The notes beneath the pieces were generated by a model. The model was not told the origin of the DNA and searched no databases. It saw nothing but the letters and a program-made list of their open reading frames with translations. This document shows positions 1-9,703 of a stretch of DNA of 64,000 bases, piece after piece. The stretch's first letter is position 1; each line of letters begins with the position of its first letter. Source of the stretch: Dicyema japonicum (taxonomy: Eukaryota; Animalia; Dicyemida); the NCBI GenBank assembly GCA_011109175.1, contig RDEW01000011.1:1236209-1300208 (forward strand), read 5' to 3'. A program made the translations under genes and the position numbers.

Positions 1-522
1 GTATATAGGACAGTTTCCAGATAGTTGGAATTGTATTCATGTTTATTGAATAGTTGAAAATCACTATGATTGCATCGAAATAGGTCCAAAGTGTTTTAGT
101 AAACTACCAGGGATATAATCAGGCCCACATGAGAGGGAAGAATTCATACTTTTAAAACACTCACTGACATCTGAATGTGAGATAAAGATAATCGGCTGTG
201 TTCTCTTCTGTATTATTTAGGATAAAGAAGTTCCATCCATTTTCTTGAAAGGTTTGTGGCTTATACTGGTGTAATAATTCATGAGCTTGTTAAGACTGTG
301 CTGATCCGTCTGTTGTCTTTTAAAATGTCAATTTGGACCAAATTGTTTAATTTCTCTCCATATCGTCGGATATTATACAATTTTAACGTCATGTGGTTCG
401 CCGTTTCTGGTGACGAAAACTGTGGAATATACTTCACAGACAAAAGAACCATCCTCTACGTCCAATCCAAGAGGAATGTCCTTCTTGGACGGTCTCCCCA
501 CTGGCCTCTCTCTCCTGCCTTG

Positions 523-3252
523 ATGGAAGCCCACCTAATGCTTTCCGGCGATGTACCCCAATCCTGGACCTCGAAAACCCATTATCTTGATTCAACTAAA
601 CATAAATGGAGTGAAAGGGAAGATCCTCGAACTCAGAAAACTCTTAAAAAAGTATAATACTGACATTTGCCTACTCCAAGAAACAAGACTGACTCCGTCT
701 TCTTCCACTCCCGTCTTCCCAAACTATCACGTCATCAGGCGCGACCGCCCAGCTGGGAGGGGTGGTGGACTGCTTACCCTTATCAAAAAAGAAATTCCGT
801 ACGCAAACGAAACTTTTGTCAACCTCAAGTCTCCCGTCGAATATATTGGTATTTCAGTCAAGACAAGTATCGGAAACATAAACATATTGAATGTGTATGT
901 GCCACCGCCCAACTCATGCTCCAAGGAATTCAGGTTCTCCCTGTCAGACATCGACAAATCAAAAATATGTTACTTTGTGGAGACCTAAATGCGAAGCATC
1001 CGACATGGTTCAAGAACCAACCATGCGATGTCAGAGGAAACTAATTGTTATCGAATCTGGATGACCTGATAATATTAAACAACCCTACATTCAATAAAAG
1101 GACTCCCTACAGAGCGAATGACAGGACATCGTACCCCGATCTCACTTTTGCCTCACCAAACATCGCAACATTAACAAATGGACAGTGCTATACGAGACCA
1201 GCAGTGACCATAATCCCGTTATGATTACGTTTGAAGGAAGAGTGTCAATTGTAAAGAAACCTGTTTTATTTACCGACTACAAAAATGTCGACTGGGAAAA
1301 GTTCTCAAATTTTGTAGACTATTATTTACTTGACTTTCATTTATCCAATTTCAACATCGATAAAGCACTACACTATTTTAATAGAGTGGTACGCGAGGGA
1401 ATGAAAATTTGTATTAAAAGAAGGCCACTGACCTCAGAAAGACGTCTTCTCCCAGAGCCGATCCACTCATAAAAGAAAGAAAAGCCTCCAAAAACAATCC
1501 TGGAAAACAAGATTGAGAATTCGTACATTAGAAAGAGAGATCAGGAACAATNTTAGAAAGAGAGATCAAAAACAATGCAAAGAAGAAACAAGAGAAAGCT
1601 TGGAAAAACCTCATGTCCAATTTAAACAAGCAGAACTCCCTTACAAAAATGTGGAAAACACTTAGAAGCTTTAGTGACGCTAACAACCCGGCCACACGTG
1701 ATGAAATGGAAAACAAGATCTTCCTAAACAAACTTATGAAGTACTACTCCTCCACGAGTTTCATCCCACACAGGAAATTCGAAGGTCCATCCATCCTAAC
1801 CCACAAACCTAAAAGTGCCACCTCCCCGATTGTCCTCTCTGTTGAGAACGTACAGAATATGGTCAAGGGTCAAAAGTCGACTTATTACTGTGGTCCGGAC
1901 GGAATCCCTGCAATAGTTCTGAAAAACATAGGCCCCTATGCTATCATGGGCCTCACAAAAATTTTCAACTTTTCTATCAACGAAAATTGTATTCCTTACA
2001 TATGGAAGCTATCAAACATACGACCTATTCTGAAACCCGGACGACCAAAGGGATCACCAGCCTCATACAGACCAATATCTCTCCTATGTGTTACATCAAA
2101 ACTTTTGGAAAAGCTGATTCTTGAACTAATCAAACCATACCTTCCTGATGCACCTTTTCAACACGGATTCAGAAAAGGACACTCCACAGAAACGCATCTT
2201 ACATGCCTTACAAATTTCATCAAGGATGGACTAAAGCGCAAACCTCATCAGAAGTCTTTGTTATGCTCCATCGATATAGAAAAGGCTTTTGATACTGCCC
2301 CAAGAAAGCTTTTGACAAGGAAGATCTTTACGTCAAAAATTCCAAACAACCTGAAAATCTGGATCGCAAATTTCCTAAATGGAAGAAGAGGAAGAGTAAC
2401 TGTTGGAAAAACTAGATCAGTGACCAAGTTCCTTCCAAATGGGGTCCCTCAAGGATCTTCACTTTCACCACACCTATTCAACCTATTCTTGAATGATATT
2501 CCCTCCCTTACCAGTGACGATACTCTGGTTCTGACATATGCGGATGATATAATCGTCGCAGTCAAAGACCAGTGCGTTAATACTGCTGTTTACCGGATAC
2601 AAGCTTCATTGAACGATCTGAACTGTTGGCTCGTTAAGAACATTTTACATACAAGTCCCGAAAAGTCTTATACAACAATTTTCACAACAAACAGAAGATT
2701 GACAAACTCCGCTCCATGTGTAACCATAAATGGAAACTCAATCCCCACGACAAACTCAGTTAAGATAACTTACGACCCACTCTTGACCTTCAGCAAACAC
2801 ATCGACAACGTCATCTCTTCGACACAACGAAAGCTAAATTTCATTAAAACACTCCTTAGACAATATAATGAGTGTTTCAACTCAAATTTGGACTCGCTCT
2901 ACGTGCAGTATATTCAACCGTCTCTTACTTACGGGTGTGCTGCATGGGGAGCCAACCTATCAAACAGGAATATGGAAAAAATCAATACCTTCCAAAAAAT
3001 GGCCAGTAAAGTTCTGCAAAGGTTTTCTTGGACACCTCTAAACCCTACACCTTTTGAGGAATTAGTGAGGAAAACCGGAGCCTTACTACCCTCCCAAAAA
3101 AGTTAGAAACCCCCGCCCAATCCGAGAAATGTGTTAGAACCCAGGAAGAACACCGAGCAAGAATGAGATGGCTACTCGAAGCGGCCGGAATCACCTGACG
3201 GCTATGTAGTTAATTAATTTGTCGTGATTTTTGGTTTTTAATAATAATAATA
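523..3252 (+). mobile_element. Near full-length single-ORF Ingi/Vingi-like non-LTR retrotransposon (2A-like motif, APE endonuclease, RT), disrupted by frameshifts and stops
   Basis: APE motifs (QLNINGV, LLQETRL, RGGGLLTLIK, NVYVPP, CGDLNAKHP). RT motifs in ORF 1613-3106 (YRPISLL, QHGFRKGHST, IDIEKAFD, GVPQGSSLSP, YADD). ORF ends GIT* at 3196-3198, followed by a short 3' UTR and (TAA)n tail. About 2.7 kb with no recognisable ORF1 or RNase H, which fits Vingi-like architecture. Confidence 0.85.
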
Positions 3253-3366
3253 TCGCCTAAGCAGATTCTTGGAATTGTCATTGTTCGCAGATGCCCACTC
3301 TCTGATTTATTTATTTTGTCTAACTATTAAATTGGTTTATTTAAAATAAAGTTTTAAATTTAAAAG

Positions 3367-4849
3367 ATGAACTATGTGCCGCATCTGAGAATATCTAACA
3401 AAGTGTTATCCCAGATTAGAAACTGTCATTATGATGTCGCCGTCATCGGTGGGGGAATGATTGGAATGGCTATGGCGGCCAAATTAGGTAAAATGTCTTA
3501 TCTATCGAGGCACTATCACTGAGTTTGACAAAAAGCGAATAATTCTTATCGAAAAAGGAAAGCTGCCCAGCTATGTGAAATCCGAGGATCAATTCTTGAC
3601 ACGGGTCGTGGCTATAAATAAGGGATCTCAGACTTTGTTAAATGGTATTATTGGAGTATCATATAAGATGTCAAAGCCTGGGAAATAATCCAGAAAAACC
3701 GGTACTGTCCCATCTCCAGTATGCACGTGTGGGAGGACAATCCCTCAAATTCCATAAACTTTGAAAGCACGTTCGAGTTCCCTGAGGTCGCTTTTGCCGT
3801 TGAAAATGAACTTCTTCGATTTTCTTCGATGACAGTGGCTGCAGAGAAGGAGAATATCACATTTTTGTTTGAAAAGGAATCAAAAATCTTGGATTTCCCT
3901 AAAGACGAATGTCAGCCCAAGCCTGTCGTACTCCAAGTTGGCGAGGACCGCCAAATCAGCTGTGATTTACTGGTAAGACCTCTTTGGAATTCAGATTGGT
4001 GCTGATGGTTGCTTCTCAGGTGTTCGATCTAGCTATGGACTGAGGACCCTGATCTACGATTACGGACAGTCTGTGATCGTAGGGAACGCCAGACTTGCAG
4101 AGGTTACCTTTGATTTTACGACAGGGAGTCAAAAATAGAGGAGCCTGGCAGAGGTTCGGCTCTACGGGACCAATTGGGATGTTCCCAACTGTAGAAGAGG
4201 TTGTTATCGAGATAGACTGATAATACGGTATCTATTGCCTGGTATATGGCGGACGAGGAGATCGAGGGAGCTCTGGGTAAGGGAAACGATAATTTTGTGA
4301 CTTGCTTTAACGAGAAGATGGTACCTTATGACTCATTTTACAGGGAAGCTGTGGGAATTTAAGAAATGGGACGTTTGGTAGGGAGAATTGGTTAATTTTA
4401 GGTCCCCCACATATCGAAAGCGTTGAGGTTGGGGAGCTGAGGGGAATTCATGTGAATTTTCAGCACTCTCTGAACTCGGTTGGGTCACGTGTGGTTCTCA
4501 TTGGTGATGCTGGGCACAGAGTGAACCCAATGTCCGGTCAGGGGGCCAACCTCGGATTTGGGGACGTGGTTATTTTGGGGGAGGTGTTGGGAAAGGCTAT
4601 TAGACTGGGGGATGACATTGGTTAGGTTTTGGAGTATTTTAGGCAATGTGCATGTTTTAAAGAAATATGAGAGAGAACGGAGACCTCATACAGTGTTGAT
4701 GTCGATGGGGGTTGAAGCTATTCGTATGTTTTTTGGATTACCTATTCCATATAAATCATTAATATTGAACAGCATTAATAGATTGTCTTTTGTTAAGGTG
4801 GGGATTGATTTAGTTTTAGTCTCAAATATTGGGGTTTGCTCAGAGATAA
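3367..4849 (+). CDS. COQ6: Ubiquinone biosynthesis FAD monooxygenase COQ6, multi-exon
   Basis: DVAVIGGGMIG FAD motif, TRVVAI, IGADG, AWQRF..GPIGMFP, LIGDAGHRVNPMSGQGANLGFGDV, C-terminus SQILGFAQR*. The frame is restored by GT-AG introns at 3488-3509, 3645-3667, 3973-3994, 4103-4124, 4191-4215, 4321-4343, 4621-4642 and 4798-4819 (22-25 nt). Confidence 0.93.
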
Positions 4850-5996
4850 CTGCATAATATTAATTACTCATGAGGAACAGCATTAATAGATTGTCTTTTG
4901 TTAAGGTGGGAATTGATTTAGTTTTAGTCTCAAATATTGGGGTTTGCTCAGAGATAACTGCATAATATTAATTACTCATGAGTAGGACGATTTTTGTCAA
5001 TAAAGTCAAAAATTCATATTTTCTTTAAAATTGTTTAAAACTTATAAAAAATGTCATTTTTAATCAAAAATATTAAATAAAGCAAAAGTTATAAAGTCAA
5101 AAAGGTCAAAATTTTAAGTTGAGTCAAAAAGGTCAAAATTTTTGTTGATTTTTATTTTTTAGAGTTTTTAAATAAAATACTAACGTGTCAAAAACTGTTA
5201 TGTCGCATTAAAATCAGGAAGGTCATTGAAAAAATTAAGAGTGTTACTATAAAATATTCTGGTGAATTTTATGTCAACTCACGAATTTTCTAACAACAGC
5301 TTTGTGTTGGATTTTTTGTCCTATAAAAAATTCAAACTTAGAGGTTCATCATTTTTATTAGTATTCCACGGGTGCTACTGTGAAAATATCTGATTTTCTC
5401 ATTCCATTCACCGACTCTAGGATCAATGAGGCCACTAATGCTTACTCGAGTATGATTTTCTTTGCACAAGCTGAACAGTAAAGTTTACAAAACTTGTTTG
5501 TTGGTATAAGACATCGTTTTTCTTCTGTGCAAAAGTGTAGAAAATTTAAACCAAAAGTAACTTGACCGAAGCTATTTTTGAGCATTCTACATGCATTTAT
5601 TATAGAGTTAGAAAAAATTGGTTTGATCTACGAAATCGATATAAATATAAATGCACAAATAAATTCTGGANTCACTAATGCTTACTCGAGTATGATTTTC
5701 TTTGCACAAGCTGAACAGTAAAGTTTACAAAACTTGTTTGTTGGTATAAGACATCGTTTTTCTTCTGTGCAAAAGTGTAGAAAATTTAAACCAAAAGTAA
5801 CTTGACCGAAGCTATTTTTGAGCATTCTACATGCATTTATTATAGAGTTAGAAAAAATTTGTTTGATCTACGAAATCAATATAAATATAAATGCACAAAT
5901 AAATTCTGGAACATGATTACCACCAAACCTCAAAATGGAATATACTTTCGACCAAATTCTTCAATCACATACTAGAACATTTTATATAGTATAAGG

Positions 5997-6772
5997 TGTC
6001 ACATGGGCCAAGCGTTACCTATGGGCAGCCTGTTACATTAACCTTGAACCAAGATTAACTTCAATTAATTTTATAAATGATTTATTAACCACAAAAAATT
6101 AAATTTAAGTAACTTTTTTTAGTCTACTCATTAATACAGTCGATATTTCTCCTTTCGAATTTTTTATCTATCAAATTAAACTATTTNAAGAAGCCATTGC
6201 AACAAAATAATCTTCCATGCTATAAATCACGCTAGAAATCTAGGTTTACCGCTATAAAAAATAAAATCTTTATAATCATAACATTTATGAATAAAAAACT
6301 AATTTAACAGGATTAAATCACGATATAAATCGGATATATAAAATTAAATGTCGGATAATCCAATGAAGGACTCATCCTCACCTTTGTCGGTCTGGGATCA
6401 CTTAGTTAGATGAGAACTTTTATTTCTTTCTATTTGACCAAGCGATTCTGGGGGTAATAATAATAATGTCGGATAATCAAAAGACCTTTTCAAGGTCGAA
6501 AAAATGTAACAGGCTGCCNNNNNNNNNNNNNNNNNNNNNNNNNNNNNNNNNNNNNNNNNNNNNAAAATTAAATGTCGGATAATCCAATGAAGGACTCATC
6601 CTCACCTTTGTCGGTCTGGGATCACTTAGTTAAATGAGAACTTTTATTTCTTTCTTTTTGACCCAGTGATTCTGGGGGTAATAATAATAATAATGTCGGA
6701 TAATCAAAAGACCTTTTCAAGGTCGAAAAAATGTAACAGGCTGCCCATGCGTTACGCGCCGCCCATGTGACA
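5997..6772. mobile_element. Non-autonomous TIR element (MITE-like), TGT...ACA ends, 5-bp TSD TAAGG; Ginger-like
   Basis: Left end TGTCACATGGGCCAAGCGTTACCTATGGGCAGCCTGTTACATT matches the reverse complement of the right end (about 43 bp imperfect TIR). TAAGG lies at 5992-5996 and 6773-6777. Contains an N gap with an overlap duplication. Confidence 0.85.
6361..6464 (+). mobile_element. 5'-truncated LINE 3' end inserted in the MITE, with 14-bp TSD
   Basis: GGGATCACTTAG (GIT*) end and (TAA)n tail. AATGTCGGATAATC flanks it at 6347-6360 and 6465-6478. Confidence 0.8.
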
Positions 6773-7069
6773 TAAGGCCCATATGACAATCTCAGTGATC
6801 CACAACTCAAAAATCAGGAATTGATTCCTCAAATCACATATATTATTTTCGATAAATATATAAACACAAAGAAATATGTTCATTTTAGAGACGCAATCAT
6901 TGTTTTATCCCAAGTCTTCGACTCCCACACACCTTACCATTTTCTCCAAAATTATTAATTGAGAATTTACTAGGTTGAACCTCAGCAGAGAATTGGTATT
7001 GTTCCCCCAAAACTCGGTCGGTCTTAATCCTGACAATGGAGCTATCCATTTTAGAAGATCTTAAAGAAT

Positions 7070-7520
7070 CCTTGGGGTGACTTTTAACATCCACTGCCAT
7101 TCTCGCCCCACATAGAAAAAAATTTAAAAGATTAGAATTTCTTGAAATGTCTCACAGGCTTATGGAAGTACGGAAATCATCCTATTTTGAGTACTATATA
7201 CGACCAATACATTGAACCATGTTACCCATGTGATATATGGGCCCCATTCATCTCTTGGATAAATGTCTTGAAGATCGAGGCTAGCCGGAAAAGAGCCTCC
7301 GAAATTGCAGAACGATGGACCCCTGGAGAGTTCCAGCCTCCAATGCCTCTAGAATCCATGATACACCTGAACTGTGGGACACTTCGTCGTGACTACGAAG
7401 ATACAGTCATTCGGTTTATACGTGCTTGTGTGGGAGAGCATCGGGCCAAGTTGAGGTCTGGGATCAGGTGATTAGTTTGTTTGTGTAACCATGGTCTCTG
7501 GTGCTATTATTATTATAAGG
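7070..7520 (+). mobile_element. Vingi-like LINE 3' fragment
   Basis: ORF 7142-7471 (YDQYIEPCY...EHRAKLRSGIR*) is homologous to 50278-50772. It carries the shared 3' UTR (GTAACCATGGTC) and an (ATT)n tail. Confidence 0.8.
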
Positions 7521-7639
7521 AATGATAAAAACTTCTGATCGTCTCATCATATACGTCTTCCTTAGCCAATTTTGTAAAAAGACCGTATCCATTAAAGTCA
7601 ATTTCTTATTTTTTTCAATTTTTATTAAAAATTAGCCAA

Positions 7640-8100
7640 TTTGCGAAGGTCGAGTGTACTCACATTAAAATGACTACCAATCGCTTCGATCAATCAGTTT
7701 CTTGAAAAGGAGAGTTGGAAGGGTTGTAATAGTGGGGGATGCAAATGTACAGTTTTCCGCCTGATTGAATTTAGTTTATTGAGCTTGGAGCATCATCGCG
7801 AACCTCGATGGGGGACAGGCATATTCAATCGTTGCGATAACCATGTTATACAGATTGGATATGCAGGAGAGTAGAGGTTCTTCTTTATAAATGCCTTCAA
7901 CACATTTCACTTCGAGAGTCCCTTGGTCAAGACTTCTTCAATATGATAAGAGTATGTCATTACTGAGTCGTTCGATTTACTAGACATCGGAATAGGAGTC
8001 TCAACATCACCAGAAAGCAAGAGCGGGAATATAATGAGGTTATCCATCGAAATAATGGTCGAGATAGGAAGACATAGTGGTTCTTTTCCCTACCACGTTT
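7640..8100 (-). mobile_element. Degenerate LINE post-RT fragment, related to 15500-15900
   Basis: Shares nucleotide blocks (CTGATTGAATTTAGTTTATTGAG...GGCATATTCAAT) with 15555-15640. Translates to LYNMVIATIEYACP, resembling a LINE C-terminal region. Confidence 0.5.
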
Positions 8101-8230
8101 ATACTGAGCACAAGCACAAAAGCTGAACTACATGACACAACCCTAAACAAAAAGTGATCGTCTTTCTGTCTGATAATATAAAAAAAGTCTCTGTCCTGGA
8201 ATTATTATTATGCATGTTGATTATATAGTA

Positions 8231-9640
8231 CAGTATGACCTCGCCCCAATAAAACCCCGGCTTGGGGCACCCTCTGTTTTGGGGGCAATTTTTTTAATAA
8301 ATATTATTTTGAATGATTTTTACATTTTTTTACATTTTTCGACCAATAGGAAGCCTAAATTTAAAATACTAAACTCCACTTATTAGGGGACTTTTTCAAT
8401 CGATAATATTATTATTATTAAAAAGTACTCCCGAGAAAACATAAACTTAGTTAAGTTTCCCTTGTGCTGTAATCCGAACCATCCTCTCCGTTAGCTTCGA
8501 ACATGATCTTCTGTTGCGCACTAGTTCTCTTAGGTATTCCAGGTCGTCCGCCATTTCCATGATAATATCAGATGCTGCCCTCATCCTTGTAACGTAGTGA
8601 ATCAGGTCCTGATGGACTACAAATCTGAGACCATAATGTCGGCAGGCCGACGGGAGGATAAAAAGATGGAATTCTCCAAACAGTTCTGTAAATTTTACGG
8701 TCGTTTTTGTCTCTTGTAGACAGCAGAGACGTCATATTTAGTTAGATCGTTTTTTGTAAGGTTGATCAAGTCCTCCGCAATTGAAAGATCCCAGAGTGAA
8801 CGGAAAAAATTTATTATTTCATTTTTAGCTTTAATTAATTTTTTAAATATTTTTAAGCATGTCAATCTTTCTATTCGAATTGATCGATTGGTAATCTAAG
8901 TCTTTAAAAATTTGAGAGAGGATGGTATTTCAGTTTTAGGATTTCTTCTCAAAACTATTGCAAAAAATGGCAGCTAATCTTGACTTCAATGATTTTAAAG
9001 CATAAAATGGATGGTTGGATCGATTTAAAAAGCGCCATGAATTACTGTTCAAAGTAATTTCGGGTGAAAAAAACTCATGTGACAGAAATAAAATCGAAGA
9101 TTTTTTTACCGATTACGACAATTTATTTGATAAATACAAGAAAAAAGATATTTTTAACTGCGACGAAACCTCTCTTTTTGTTAAAAAATTCATGTAAATC
9201 ATTTCTTTTCAAATGATGATTGTTTTGGTTAAACGAAAAGCAAAGAACAAGTTTCAGTTCTTTTATGCTGCAGTCTTGAAGGTGAGAAATTAAAGCCCCT
9301 TGTTATCGGAAAATTTAAATCGCCTTTATGTTTAAAAATATACAAACTGAGGATTATGGGGTATATTTTATAAGGTTATTTTTAGGTTTTGTACACAGCG
9401 TCAAAAATGCTTGGATGACGACTGATATTTTTGATAATGGTTACAAAAAATAAACTTAGAAATGGTCAAAAAAAACAGAAAATTTTTGATTCTTATGGAT
9501 AATGCACCGTGCCACAAATTTCAAGAATAGTCAAACTTATCATTTCTTAAATTTCCTAAAAATACAACAGCACTTCTTCAACCTTTAGATATGGGGATCA
9601 TAAGACACGGGGATCATTATTTGTCACAATTAATAACAAA
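8231..9640 (+). mobile_element. Decayed Tigger/pogo (TIGD-like) DNA transposon, 3' truncated, interrupted by an RTE fragment
   Basis: TA|CAGTATGACCTC left end at 8229-8242. Transposase remnants DRFKKRH, DIFNCDETSLF, GEKLKPLVIGK, NAWMTT, LILMDNAPCH, PKNTTALLQPLDMGII. Confidence 0.85.
8445..8790 (-). mobile_element. RTE-clade LINE 3' fragment nested in the Tigger element
   Basis: Its reverse complement matches the 3' end of the RTE copy at 34040-34135 (GACCTGG..TACCTAAGAGAACTAG..CGCAACAGAA...AAACTTAACTAA). Confidence 0.7.
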
Positions 9641-9703
9641 AATTATAAATATTATTTTTTTAATTTTTTAAATTGAAAGAAATTTCCATGATAACTTATA
9701 ATA

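Noticed and set aside
470-560. HDV-like ribozyme at the LINE 5' end (known for Ingi/L1Tc)
   Set aside because: I could not assemble the nested double pseudoknot by eye; it needs a descriptor search.
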